A stretch of 25,551 nucleotides of DNA from a virus (IMGVR_UViG_3300027763_000219:1-25551), one strand, 5' to 3'. Numbered from the stretch's first letter, positions 1-9,355 are shown. Translations and numbers: made by a program. Notes: generated by a model from the letters alone, not told the origin.

Positions 1-1245
1 TGTCGCTGTAACATTAACTGCGGTCGCGCCATTAAGAACGACGTTGTAATTTGAAACAGATGTACTGGCTGTCGTGACCTGTAAGGTCACGGTAGCTTTG
101 GCCTTAACTTCGTCTGTCCCCGTCATCAGCGGCGAACGGAAAACACGCGCAAACTGGCCAGCAGAACGACCGTTATTCGGAAGCTCTGTGTCGTACCAAA
201 CCGCATATCCTAAGATGCGCGATAACCGGACGTTATAGATCACGGCATGGGTACATTCGGTGGCTGTGCCGCGTGGATAACACCACCAGATTTCACCCCA
301 ACGCGGAATCTTAAAGGCAAACACTTTTTGCGACTGAGCGTAGTTTAGGTTGTCGTAGAACCAGTTAAGGTTCATGCCATTTTCAACTTCCTGAATAACA
401 CCGTTAAAGCTCAAGAAGTGATCTATGCCAGCCCAGTAATAGATGCCGTCATACTCAATAATGCACTGAGATGACAACAAGCTGTAGGCCGAGGTGATGT
501 TGTCAAAGTTGAACGTCGCAGTCCCGCCCACGTATGTCATGCGTATTAAGGCTTCAATTCCCCAAATCAAACCGGAGGGGCCGTTGCCAGCACCGGCACG
601 AACGGGGAGGCCATACACTAGCTTTGAAGCTGTTGGCCTAACACTTTCCCAAACTCCGGTGACATCGTTAGGGGTGCTGTCTGAGGTGTAATTAATAACA
701 CCATCATTTCCAAAGCTAACAGCAAAAGCTCCAAGAGACATCACGCCGCCAGATACATCAGGTGATGTTGTCGCTACTAATGCGCCTGTGCCTAGAACGT
801 CTCCGTAATAAACCGGCGCGGATGTAGTTGCAGCAATGTCAGCTAAATTTGGTGCGGCATGTGCAAGTAAAACAGAAGTTACGTCTGCCGCACTATACAA
901 AGTATCAAACTGCCAAAGGTTCTTTGCGTCAGCCGTAAAGCCTACCGGCGTTCTGTCAGAAATAGACGACACGTTGCCGTTTTGGTCGAGCAAGAACCGC
1001 TCCAAACCATCAGACCAGCCAGTGTGGGTATACGTATTTAAATCGCTGTTAAAGACATTAAGGCCGCGAGAGATGCCCGACAGTTCAGCCGTCAGACGGC
1101 GGTATCCGCCCATCTTGCGCGGCAAGCCCTTACGTAACTGAAAGCGGCACCATTGTGTATCGACATAGTTGTCCCCTTCCAGAAGCGTGCCATCGCGCTT
1201 GCACCCTGCCTGTGAAGCTATCTTTAAGGGAACTAGATCGGCCAT
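1..1245 (-). CDS. Tail/virion structural protein (tail tubular B / nozzle / DNA-stabilisation-like), 3' end truncated by the window
   Basis: Absent from the ORF track because it has no stop in the window. ATG at 1245-1243 overlaps the TAA of the upstream gene (TAATG). Translates MADLVPLKIASQAGCKRDGTLLEGDNYVDTQWCRFQLRKGLPRKMGGYR..., an N-terminus typical of nozzle-type proteins that follow the adaptor in podo-like phages. I did not translate every codon down to base 1. Confidence 0.7.
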   Translation of the reverse strand, partial: MADLVPLKIASQAGCKRDGTLLEGDNYVDTQWCRFQLRKGLPRKMGGYRRLTAELSGISRGLNVFNSDLNTYTHTGWSDGLERFLLDQNGNVSSISDRTPVGFTADAKNLWQFDTLYSAADVTSVLLAHAAPNLADIAATTSAPVYYGDVLGTGALVATTSPDVSGGVMSLGAFAVSFGNDGVINYTSDSTPNDVTGVWESVRPTASKLVYGLPVRAGAGNGPSGLIWGIEALIRMTYVGGTATFNFDNITSAYSLLSSQCIIEYDGIYYWAGIDHFLSFNGVIQEVENGMNLNWFYDNLNYAQSQKVFAFKIPRWGEIWWCYPRGTATECTHAVIYNVRLSRILGYAVWYDTELPNNGRSAGQFARVFRSPLMTGTDEVKAKATVTLQVTTASTSVSNYNVVLNGATAVNVTAT

Positions 1246-2546
1246 TAGCTGAACATCTGAACATAAGTAAACGCATCTAAAGTGCTTGGCGCATTAAGCA
1301 AAGAAAGAGCCGAGGCCGTCGTATTTGACTGAAATACAGGGATACCAACCGTACCGCCGCCAAGCAAAGAAAGAGCCGAGGCCGTCGTATTTGACTGAAA
1401 TACAGGGATACCAACCGTACCGCCGCCAAGGTTTACAAGCGCCCCGCTGGCCGTTGTCGCGCCCGTGCCGCCGTCAACAATGCCCAACGGCGTGCTAAGG
1501 CCGGTTGTATCGGCGCTTACTACAATAGTCGCGTTGCAGTACAAGATTTCGCGTCTTGGGCTAGTGCCGTCGTTAGTAACAGCCGCGCCCCCGGATTGTG
1601 TTGATGTCTTTACAAGGAACGCAAAGCCAGTGCCGCCGGTCGTTGAGTTATCAACCCAGTATTGCTGCGCTGTAAACGGAACAATGATGTTTACCGCGCC
1701 AACAAGAGTTCCGGTAAATTGAATGGCTGTTTTATTAAGCTGTGAGCCGCTTAATGTGTAATCGCCGCTAAATCCAACGCCAAGGTTGATTGTAATAAAT
1801 GAAAACGCATAAACGGCACTCTGCCCAAAGCCAACGGTGTACATAGCAGAACCGTTAGTCGTGACAATGCAGCTATCGCCAGGGTTCATGGTCTTTGTAG
1901 GTTGACCATCAATAGTCCCACTCGGCGGCGTGACAACAAGCGCACCAGTGCCTTGATTAACGAGGTTTACAAACCAGCCAGTTGTAAGCGTAGCCAACGG
2001 ATCAAACGTAAACGTGCCAGAGCCGCCCGTGTAAACGACCGTAGCGGCGCGTTTGTCAGCTTCAATGAGGGTGCTTACGGCAACAGTGAACGCAGGGTAT
2101 TGCTGGTTCAGCGTTGTGGTGATTGCCTTAATGCCAAGTCCGGCCAACGTACCAGCCGAAGCCGAGGACGTACCCGCACCGGCTTGATAAACACGATACG
2201 CGCCAGAAGCTGTGCTGTTGTCGGTTACATATGCCGACCATGCCGCGCCGGAGGTAGCGGTAAGGATCGTTCCGCCGCCGTTGGCCAGCACCGTGAAGGC
2301 ACTGGTGCCTACGTTGTTGAACAGCATGTTGTAGCCAACCGAGACTTGGTTGGCTGGAGGCAGCGTGAGACTTAAACCAGTTGTGGTGCCAAAGCTAATG
2401 TCGTTAATTGCCGCGACCACGTTCTGGCTGGTCGAGGCTTCAATCGGCCATACGGTCGTAATGTTAGAAGTGGAAGTATAAGACTTATAGCTAGGCTGCG
2501 CTGGGTCGAGCGTTCCGCCGCCGAATACTTGTGTAAAGCTGGTCAC
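1245..2546 (-). CDS. Thr/Gly/Ser-rich virion (tail-associated) protein
   Basis: 433-aa ORF, GTG start overlapping the previous stop (GTGA). Beta-rich low-charge composition with fibre-like GGTGATT motif, located between adaptor and nozzle-like genes. Confidence 0.7.
   Translation of the reverse strand: MTSFTQVFGGGTLDPAQPSYKSYTSTSNITTVWPIEASTSQNVVAAINDISFGTTTGLSLTLPPANQVSVGYNMLFNNVGTSAFTVLANGGGTILTATSGAAWSAYVTDNSTASGAYRVYQAGAGTSSASAGTLAGLGIKAITTTLNQQYPAFTVAVSTLIEADKRAATVVYTGGSGTFTFDPLATLTTGWFVNLVNQGTGALVVTPPSGTIDGQPTKTMNPGDSCIVTTNGSAMYTVGFGQSAVYAFSFITINLGVGFSGDYTLSGSQLNKTAIQFTGTLVGAVNIIVPFTAQQYWVDNSTTGGTGFAFLVKTSTQSGGAAVTNDGTSPRREILYCNATIVVSADTTGLSTPLGIVDGGTGATTASGALVNLGGGTVGIPVFQSNTTASALSLLGGGTVGIPVFQSNTTASALSLLNAPSTLDAFTYVQMFS
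1296..1430. repeat. Perfect 66-bp in-frame tandem duplication (2 copies + 3 nt)
   Basis: aagcaaagaaagagccgagg...cgccgcc starts at 1296 and again at 1362; encodes LGGGTVGIPVFQSNTTASALSL twice. Confidence 0.95.
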
Positions 2547-3205
2547 GCCGTATTCCTTTTCTGTGCGCGGTCGAGAATCTTCTGCAAGTCCTCGCTGTTC
2601 AATCCCGCCATATCGCGGTCATAAGCCTGGGACCAAGCAGCGGATTGTTCTGGGTTCTTCAGGTACGTAAACGCTTCAACCAACGTGCCGTGAAGCAGGG
2701 CGTTGGGCGCGTATTCCGTCAGCCAGTTCGTTTGCAAAGTGTCGTCCAACAACGGCGGAAGCTGCCAGTAGTTGATTTCATACGGGAACGTCGTTGATGG
2801 CGTCGGCACGAAGATGAGGTGGTTGTAGTCGTAATCAGCATAATACTTGGGCGTGCCGGTCTGCGTATCGTCCGGCCAGTATGTGCGGATGTACTCATAC
2901 GAACGCGGCAGGAGCGTAACGCGGGTATTGAACGTCGTCGCTGTGCCGACATTGGTGCCGACGTTGATGCTGACGGTTTCGCGCCAACGGTCGGGCTTCT
3001 GGTAAACGCCAACGGACGTTGTGTACGCGGTGTTTACGTTATTGATAAAGCCCTGGATTTTAAGCTCACGCGCAATCTGACGCTCACGCAAGTTAATGAA
3101 CCCAGGAAGCTGGGTGTTGAACTGCGTATCAACAGCCGAGCCGCCGCGTTCGCAGTAAGAGCGAACATCGGCTTGCAGACTGGTGAAGGTCATTGCTGTG
3201 GGCAT
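2543..3205 (-). CDS. Head-tail adaptor / tail tubular protein A-like
   Basis: 220 aa with N-terminal helix (FTSLQADVRSYCER..FINLRERQIAREL), GTPKYYA, FVPTP and NWLTEYAPNALLHGTLVEA motifs typical of podophage adaptors. Confidence 0.7.
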   Translation of the reverse strand: MPTAMTFTSLQADVRSYCERGGSAVDTQFNTQLPGFINLRERQIARELKIQGFINNVNTAYTTSVGVYQKPDRWRETVSINVGTNVGTATTFNTRVTLLPRSYEYIRTYWPDDTQTGTPKYYADYDYNHLIFVPTPSTTFPYEINYWQLPPLLDDTLQTNWLTEYAPNALLHGTLVEAFTYLKNPEQSAAWSQAYDRDMAGLNSEDLQKILDRAQKRNTA

Positions 3206-3215
3206 TTAATCTTCA

Positions 3216-3632
3216 CTAATTAGCATTATAAGCAATATTTGTAGCACTTGTTCGCTGCCAAGCATTGGTCGTAGCTGTTATCGCTCCGAGCGGCCAAAAA
3301 TCCCATGTAGTCGTTATTGTTGAATATAAATTATTATAAGTTGAAAAACCTGAAGCAGTTAATCCTAGTAATATACTTGAACTGGCCATCGTTATATTAT
3401 TGTGGAAAGTGAATGTTTTTGCTTCTGTATTGATAGGAAAGCGCAAATATAAACCGGCAAGATTTGTGGAAGTACCTAAGAGATAAAAAATCTCGTTTTT
3501 TGCTTGTTGGGAAGAAATATCATAAAAAGACCCCCCAGAAAGGTTGGCGTCCATTACTGAAGCATAAAGCGTAACTGTTGATTGTCTAAATGCCGCTGCT
3601 GGTGGCACAAACGGCGTCATAGGATTACCCAT
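3216..3632 (-). CDS. Hypothetical protein (AT-rich gene)
   Basis: 138-aa ORF filling the gap between neighbours with 7-10 nt spacers; visibly more AT-rich than its flanks. Confidence 0.65.
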   Translation of the reverse strand: MGNPMTPFVPPAAAFRQSTVTLYASVMDANLSGGSFYDISSQQAKNEIFYLLGTSTNLAGLYLRFPINTEAKTFTFHNNITMASSSILLGLTASGFSTYNNLYSTITTTWDFWPLGAITATTNAWQRTSATNIAYNAN

Positions 3633-3639
3633 GATGCAC

Positions 3640-4047
3640 CTATGCCGAAGCTGTGTAAGTTCGCGTCACGCCGCCGTAGGCGGCAAACGTCCCAGCGACA
3701 GATGTAGACCACATATAAACTACACCGCTGCCGCTGATGGGCGTGCCGGGTTGAATAAGCCCGTATGAAGACGTTGCTACGGCCAATGCAATAGACTGTG
3801 TGGTTGCAAGAGAGGCACCCGTGGCACCCATATTCAGATATACAACTGCCCCAGAAACGCCGCCGACATTGGCAACGTAAACAATCGGAACGTCGTAAGC
3901 CTTCGCGTCTGCTGTATGAATTGTATTTGCTGCACTAGATATTGTTGCAGAAATAACAATTACAGGCGCACTCGGCAAAGAAGCACTAAGTGGAAAGAAG
4001 TCTGTGGTCGGAGAAGTCCCCGGCCCACGGCCAATGAAGGTTGTCAT
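3640..4047 (-). CDS. Small beta-rich virion protein, hypothetical
   Basis: 135 aa; start overlaps the previous stop (TGATG); Ser/Thr/Ala/Val-rich. Confidence 0.7.
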   Translation of the reverse strand: MTTFIGRGPGTSPTTDFFPLSASLPSAPVIVISATISSAANTIHTADAKAYDVPIVYVANVGGVSGAVVYLNMGATGASLATTQSIALAVATSSYGLIQPGTPISGSGVVYMWSTSVAGTFAAYGGVTRTYTASA

Positions 4048-4391
4048 CAGGTTATCTCCACAATAGTGGCAATGGCATCAAGGCCACCAGTTGCATACGC
4101 AATTATTTGGATTGAGCCGCCAGTTGGCAGTACGTGTTTCTCAACACCAACCGCTACGACGGACCCACCGGGAGGAACCGGCGTTTTTCTGGCAACGGAA
4201 AAAGCATTGGACCCATCACTCAAGTTAATGTCGGCATAGTTCATGGCGTTTGAAGTGGCGCTGTTAGCCAGCGTTAGGCCCAGGATCATACCCCTGGTAC
4301 TGGCCGGGACGGTATAGCTGCCAACCGTAGCGGCGGTCGTAGCCGTCACGCTAGATGCCTTAAAGAGATACTGCGTTGCTGTAAATGCCAT
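4047..4391 (-). CDS. Small beta-sandwich virion protein, hypothetical
   Basis: 114 aa, TAATG coupling. YTVPAST..ILGLTLAN..VPPGGS..KHVL pattern is common in phage tail regions. Confidence 0.7.
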   Translation of the reverse strand: MAFTATQYLFKASSVTATTAATVGSYTVPASTRGMILGLTLANSATSNAMNYADINLSDGSNAFSVARKTPVPPGGSVVAVGVEKHVLPTGGSIQIIAYATGGLDAIATIVEIT

Positions 4392-4759
4392 TAGACCATT
4401 CCTTCAACTTCTACCCAGCTAAGGGTCGGCTCGTCCCAACGGTACATTTTACCATCGGTAGGCATCGGTATCGGCGCTTCCCATTGACACGTATCTTCGT
4501 TAATCAACCAAGACGGGTAAGGCTGGGGCGTGATGAACGCATCCCGGCCAGCGTCATAAACAAACCCAATACCGGCATAATTCTTCCGAATGTTACCATT
4601 ATAACTAGTCTGCTTCCAAGTTCCGCCTAGCAAGCGTTCGCAGAAAGCTGCACCAATGTACTCTTTTTCCACACCATTTGCATCGGCGGTGTCTGGGTTG
4701 CCGACAACAATGACCCGTAGGACTACGTTGTTAGCGTCTAATTCAGCGAAATGGGCCAT
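4391..4759 (-). CDS. Conserved phage protein (MAHFAELD..NVVLRVIVV type), possibly fibre-associated chaperone
   Basis: 122 aa with WKQTSYN, RKNYAGIG, DAFI.PQPYPSW and WEAPIPMP motifs. I recognise this pattern beside Gly-rich genes in aquatic phages; function unknown. Confidence 0.7.
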   Translation of the reverse strand: MAHFAELDANNVVLRVIVVGNPDTADANGVEKEYIGAAFCERLLGGTWKQTSYNGNIRKNYAGIGFVYDAGRDAFITPQPYPSWLINEDTCQWEAPIPMPTDGKMYRWDEPTLSWVEVEGMV

Positions 4760-4770
4760 GTGCCTGATCC

Positions 4771-5370
4771 TTACAGGTGCAAGCCGGTGAGGGTGTCGTC
4801 GTCTCCGACGTAGCCAACCGGGAAGGTGTTGAAAGACATACTAACGCGCAGGTCTTCGCCTTTTACAGCCTCAACCATGTGCGTAAACGAGGACGGGAAC
4901 AAGATCAGTTCACCCGCTCCAACCGGAAGCCACCAGCTTTCTGAGTTGTACAGATTGAACTGATCCACCGGCAATTTGATCTGCTGGTAGCCGTCTTTAA
5001 AGAAGTGAAGACGGTCAGTCTCTTTGTTGGCCTTAATGTAAAACACGCCGCTGATGAACGAGTTGGGATGGGCGTGTTTATGGTGCCACTGCCCCGGCTT
5101 GGTGTAGTTCACCCACGACTGGGTAATGCGGAGGCTGACTTCGTTCTTCGGACTGTAGATTTCTTTGAAGTACGAGGCAACCGAAGCATCCATAAACTCG
5201 CGCAACGAAGCCAGCTTTGGATCATCTAGAAGATGACGCTCTTTGCTGGTCGTGTTGCCGTCGTTGGGCTTCTGCTCAAGGTTCAGCAGGAAGTTGGTTT
5301 CCTCTTCGCTAAACTCGCGGTCTAGCTCAAAGAACGATACAGGCGTTGGGAACAGGTTGTGCGTAATCAC
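4771..5370 (-). CDS. Putative 2OG-Fe(II) oxygenase (TIGR02466-like)
   Basis: LFPTPV N-terminus, SWVN, HxH (HAHPNS), ISGVFY, LILFPS..H.V and RVSMSFN: metal triad plus the 2OG-binding RxS. Confidence 0.85.
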   Translation of the reverse strand: MITHNLFPTPVSFFELDREFSEEETNFLLNLEQKPNDGNTTSKERHLLDDPKLASLREFMDASVASYFKEIYSPKNEVSLRITQSWVNYTKPGQWHHKHAHPNSFISGVFYIKANKETDRLHFFKDGYQQIKLPVDQFNLYNSESWWLPVGAGELILFPSSFTHMVEAVKGEDLRVSMSFNTFPVGYVGDDDTLTGLHL

Positions 5371-5627
5371 GATGCCATCGCCTGTTCAATCTCTTGTTCT
5401 TTCTTTTCTTTCTCGGCAATTTGCTCAGGAAGCCAGATTGTATTGATCGAGTCCTCAAACGCCTTGATCTTCTCAATCGTCTCCATGACTTCTTCCTGGC
5501 TCGGCTGCGAACGCGGGTCTTCCCAGCGCGTAAAGCCAACCCCGCCAGTCCACTCCCACTTCGCGCCGGGGCGCAGCAGGTTCACCGCCATGTCGATACC
5601 GAGAATCATGTATGTCTTTGTAACCAT
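5367..5627 (-). CDS. Small phage protein (XkdW-like / fibre assembly-like)
   Basis: 86 aa with LRPGAKW...WEDPRSQPSQEEV motif; lies directly after the Gly-rich gene; ATGA overlap with the oxygenase. Confidence 0.6.
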   Translation of the reverse strand: MVTKTYMILGIDMAVNLLRPGAKWEWTGGVGFTRWEDPRSQPSQEEVMETIEKIKAFEDSINTIWLPEQIAEKEKKEQEIEQAMAS

Positions 5628-5635
5628 GTCCTTGC

Positions 5636-7261
5636 CTATGCGTTTAGTTTTAGAATCACGATGCCGGAGCCGCCAGCGCCGCCAACTTGTTGCGTTCCAC
5701 CACCACTACCACCACCGCCACCACCGCCTCCGCCTGTATTCGCGGTACCCGCAAATCCTACAACATCTGTTCCCGCCCCATTGCCCCCGCCACCAGCACC
5801 ACCAGCGCCAGCCGTGCCAGGATCGTCTCGCCCCCCGCCACCACCGCCAGCGTAAGTTACGCTGCCGCCGCTGATACTAGATGCTGTTCCGGCTCCACCA
5901 GCGCCTCCGTTAGCATAAGTACCATCGCCACCTACAGCAGAGGCACCTCCGCCAGCGCCAGCGCCGTACGCATCTGCGTCACTTGATGCTGAACCGCCAT
6001 TACTACCTTGACTTGGTGAGGTTGACGGCGTGTTACCAGCGCCACCGGCCCCCCCTAAACTTCCACCAGTTCCACCGCCTGAACCACCAGAACCACCACT
6101 AATAGATGGTCCGTTGCCGCCACCTTTGCCGCCGCCAGTAGAAGTAATTGACGAGAAAACAGAGTTACTGCCGTTGGCAGCAGACCCTGCCGGTGTCGCA
6201 GTACCACCCGCGCCAATGGTCACGGTGTACGAAGTGCCAGCCGTTACAGATAGCCCAGTGCCAGTACGGAACCCACCAGCACCACCACCACCGCCAGCCC
6301 AATACCCACCACCACCACCACCCGCGACAACAAGGTAGTCCACGGTGGTCACGCCGGTTGGAATTACTATGCTGCCCGTTATTCGGAACGTCGCTATGGT
6401 CGGGATGGATGGCACAACGTAGCTGAGGATTACGATGCCAGAGCCGCCAGCGCCGCCCCCAGCAGAAAGATTCCAACCGCCGCCACCACCGCCGCCGAAA
6501 TTTGCAGTTCCTGACACTCCAGCTACGCCACTAGTAACTGATCCAGCCCCACCTCCACCAGCGCCGCCAGAACCAGCACTCCCAGCAGTTGGGTTTGCAG
6601 CATACGCGCCACCCCCACCGCCAGCGTAAGTTACCGAGGAGCCACTAATTGAAGATGCTGTTCCTGCGCCACCGCTGCCTGATGTTGCCCCGCTACCCGT
6701 TCCACCTACAGCGGTCGCGCCGCCACCGCCGCCAGAAACATAAGCTGGGGTTATAGCAACAACGCCAGCACCACCGTTATTTCCTTGCGATGGTGATGTG
6801 CTTGGTGTGTTTCCGGTTCCTCCTGTGGTGTTACCAGCAGACGCGCCGCCGCCAGAACCGCCAGACAAGCCGGTTTGATTTGTAACAAATGTACCGCCGC
6901 CGCCGCCGCCATTTGATGTAATGCTAGAAAAAACAGAGTTAGAACCTGTTGCGCCTCTATTGCTATCTGATCCAATTCCACCAGCGCCACCAGCGCCAAT
7001 GGTGACTGTGTAAGAAGTGCCAGCCGTTACAGACAGACCAGTGCCGGTACGGAATCCACCAGCGCCTCCTCCCCCTGCCACGTTAGCGCCACCACCACCA
7101 CCCCCTGCAACAACGAGGTAGTCAGCCTTTGTCACGCCCGTAGGACACAGCCACGAGCCACTGCCAGCGGTGAAGGACACGATGACGGTGGTGCCGCCTT
7201 TCTTGGCAAACATCCCGTAAGCGAGGGCTGATGTAACGGCGCGTCTTGTAATTACAGGCAT
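5636..7261 (-). CDS. Glycine-rich virion protein with two tandem Gly-rich domains
   Basis: 541 aa; two copies of DYLVVAGGGGGG..GGGGAGGFRTGTGLSVTAGTSYTVTIGAGG...GNTPSTSPSQG..GGSGIVIL. Confidence 0.85.
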   Translation of the reverse strand: MPVITRRAVTSALAYGMFAKKGGTTVIVSFTAGSGSWLCPTGVTKADYLVVAGGGGGGANVAGGGGAGGFRTGTGLSVTAGTSYTVTIGAGGAGGIGSDSNRGATGSNSVFSSITSNGGGGGGTFVTNQTGLSGGSGGGASAGNTTGGTGNTPSTSPSQGNNGGAGVVAITPAYVSGGGGGATAVGGTGSGATSGSGGAGTASSISGSSVTYAGGGGGAYAANPTAGSAGSGGAGGGGAGSVTSGVAGVSGTANFGGGGGGGWNLSAGGGAGGSGIVILSYVVPSIPTIATFRITGSIVIPTGVTTVDYLVVAGGGGGGYWAGGGGGAGGFRTGTGLSVTAGTSYTVTIGAGGTATPAGSAANGSNSVFSSITSTGGGKGGGNGPSISGGSGGSGGGTGGSLGGAGGAGNTPSTSPSQGSNGGSASSDADAYGAGAGGGASAVGGDGTYANGGAGGAGTASSISGGSVTYAGGGGGGRDDPGTAGAGGAGGGGNGAGTDVVGFAGTANTGGGGGGGGGSGGGTQQVGGAGGSGIVILKLNA

Positions 7262-7274
7262 ATCACGCGCCCCG

Positions 7275-8942
7275 CTAAGCGAACTGAGTTTGCGCGGCTA
7301 ACACTGTAAATGACGTAGATGCGGTCTTGATGATTGTGTAAGTGTACGCATCAACACTGCTGGCATTGCCAGCCGTAGGGGCTGCGCCGCCTTGCCATTT
7401 AAGTGTTACGCCAGCCGTGCTGCCGTCGATCTGAACGGCTGTGCTGTAGAACGCCGTTGTCCCCATCGTCACAGCCCAGACTGCCGAAACGGCTTGTCCG
7501 GTTGCAAGAATAGAAGTCAGCGTATTGCCAGAAGACCCACGGAAGTTAGGTATGAAGTTGGCCGTAGAATTGCCCGTGTAGTACAGAACCGATTGGCTCG
7601 TAATGTCGTAATTGACCGTGCCTGTGGCCGCAGATGTGGCAACAGTTACTTTTTCAGCAGCGTTTGTGAATACAGCCGCCAAGATATTGGTCGCACCAGC
7701 AAACGTCTGTTGCGCCGTAAAGTTGGTCGCAACAATGGGGGATACAAAGTCCGTACCAGCCGTTGCGGCTGTGATGGCGGTGGTGCCGGTGCCCTTGAGG
7801 ACGCCCGTCAGCGTAGCCGCGCCTGTACCACCGGCACTCACAACCAGCGTGCCAGAGGCCGTAATCGTGCCGGAAGCCGTGACGGGGCCACCGTTGAACG
7901 TCAGCCCTGTATTACCGCCGGAAACGTCAACGTATTTGACGGTGCCGTAGACGGTCGGTGTCGCCCACGACAGGTTAGCTCCTGCCCCAGTAGAAGTTAC
8001 TGTCAAAACTTGTCCGGTAGACCCGATTGGAAACCGCGTATTACCAGTGCCAAAGTAATAGATTAGATCACCTTGAGTAGTCGTCGGGGCTAAAGCTCCA
8101 AATGCCGCAATAGCCGTGGTAGCTGAAGTACCCCCATAACCAACACCAAGAGTGCCAGTTGCCGTGATGGTGCCAGAAGCCGTGATAGGACCACCGTTAA
8201 AGGACAGGCCAGTACCGCCACCGGACACATCTACGTAGTTGACCGTGCCGCTAGAGGACGGGCTTATCCAAACCGGCAAGCCCCCGCTGGCGGTTAAAAG
8301 CTGCCCACTGGAGCCAATCGCAAGCCGCACGTTCCCGGTGGAGGTGCGGTAGATCAGATCGCCAGAGGTTGTGGTGGGGGCCAGCGCATTGAAAGCAGCA
8401 ATCGCCGTTGTGGCAGACGTACCGCCGTAACCCACGCCAAGCGTGCCAGAGGCGGTGATAGTCCCAGCCGCAGTGATGGGACCGCCGCTATATGTAATCC
8501 CAGTACCGCCGCCGGATACGTCAACCGAGGTAACCGTGCCTACACCGGCAATGGTTGTCCAAGCAGGAAGACCGCTGCTGATACCCAAAACTTGTCCAGG
8601 GGTGCCAATGGCTAAACGGACGTTTCCGCCAGAAGCGGCAGTGCGGTAGATAATGTCGCCGGAAGAGGTGGTCGGAGCCAACGCACCAAAGGCATCGCTG
8701 GCCGTGGTTTTGCCGCTTCCGCCGTTAGCAATCGGAACGGTCGTGACGTTAAATGTGTTGGTCGTTGCTAAGGACAGCGCCGTACCGGCGAAATAAGTCG
8801 TGCCAGATGCGGCTACGTAGGCCGCCATCTGAGCCGCAGTGCAGTGTTCAGCCGGTGCGCCAGAAGCGTGTTGAATTAGAAATATGTCAGTCCCGACAAC
8901 CGCAGGAGATAAATCCAATTCACTAATAAGGACGTTTGGCAT
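7275..8942 (-). CDS. Tail fibre-like protein with three internal repeats
   Basis: 555 aa; three ~95-aa units AF.ALAPTT..GD.IY...GN.R..IG..GQ.L...W...GTV..VDVSGG.TG....GGP.TA.GTITA.GTL; C-terminal WQGGAAPT..DAYTY domain typical of fibre tips. Confidence 0.8.
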   Translation of the reverse strand: MPNVLISELDLSPAVVGTDIFLIQHASGAPAEHCTAAQMAAYVAASGTTYFAGTALSLATTNTFNVTTVPIANGGSGKTTASDAFGALAPTTSSGDIIYRTAASGGNVRLAIGTPGQVLGISSGLPAWTTIAGVGTVTSVDVSGGGTGITYSGGPITAAGTITASGTLGVGYGGTSATTAIAAFNALAPTTTSGDLIYRTSTGNVRLAIGSSGQLLTASGGLPVWISPSSSGTVNYVDVSGGGTGLSFNGGPITASGTITATGTLGVGYGGTSATTAIAAFGALAPTTTQGDLIYYFGTGNTRFPIGSTGQVLTVTSTGAGANLSWATPTVYGTVKYVDVSGGNTGLTFNGGPVTASGTITASGTLVVSAGGTGAATLTGVLKGTGTTAITAATAGTDFVSPIVATNFTAQQTFAGATNILAAVFTNAAEKVTVATSAATGTVNYDITSQSVLYYTGNSTANFIPNFRGSSGNTLTSILATGQAVSAVWAVTMGTTAFYSTAVQIDGSTAGVTLKWQGGAAPTAGNASSVDAYTYTIIKTASTSFTVLAAQTQFA

Positions 8943-9355
8943 TAGGGCACCGGAATTAAAGTGGGGTTATTCCCACTTAAAAAGTTAAATCCGTCATTGC
9001 TTGGGTCTTGCGGATTTACACCCGTAATGATGGGCGTGTCATAATCCGCAACGATAAATAGCATAGGCTCTGGGTTAAGAGCGGGGTTTTCCGGCCTGGG
9101 GTTCTTGATCGGAACCGGATCGGGCGGCAGGACCAGCATGGAGTAATACGGGTTCGGAACGTCGTCGCAAACGCCGCAGACGTACAGCTTTGTACCAACC
9201 GGCACAGACCCGCCGCGATACTCCCTCTTCTCGACCAAATGGCCGTGCATCGTCCAGAAACCGCAGCCGTCGCAAACGGCGACAGAGCGAGGGCTTTTGA
9301 CATCAATATCAATCGGTGCCCTAGCGCGACGGTGTAACGGCGATAACCGGCTCAT
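8942..9355 (-). CDS. Conserved phage protein with CxxC...CxxC (putative Zn-binding)
   Basis: AVCDGCGF and VCGVCDD, followed by Pro-rich DPVPIKNPRPE; coupled to both neighbours. Confidence 0.75.
   Translation of the reverse strand: MSRLSPLHRRARAPIDIDVKSPRSVAVCDGCGFWTMHGHLVEKREYRGGSVPVGTKLYVCGVCDDVPNPYYSMLVLPPDPVPIKNPRPENPALNPEPMLFIVADYDTPIITGVNPQDPSNDGFNFLSGNNPTLIPVP

Noticed and set aside
5636-8942. Diversity-generating retroelement TR/VR pair among the fibre repeats
   Set aside because: No reverse transcriptase in the window; repeat differences look synonymous and scattered, not adenine-specific.
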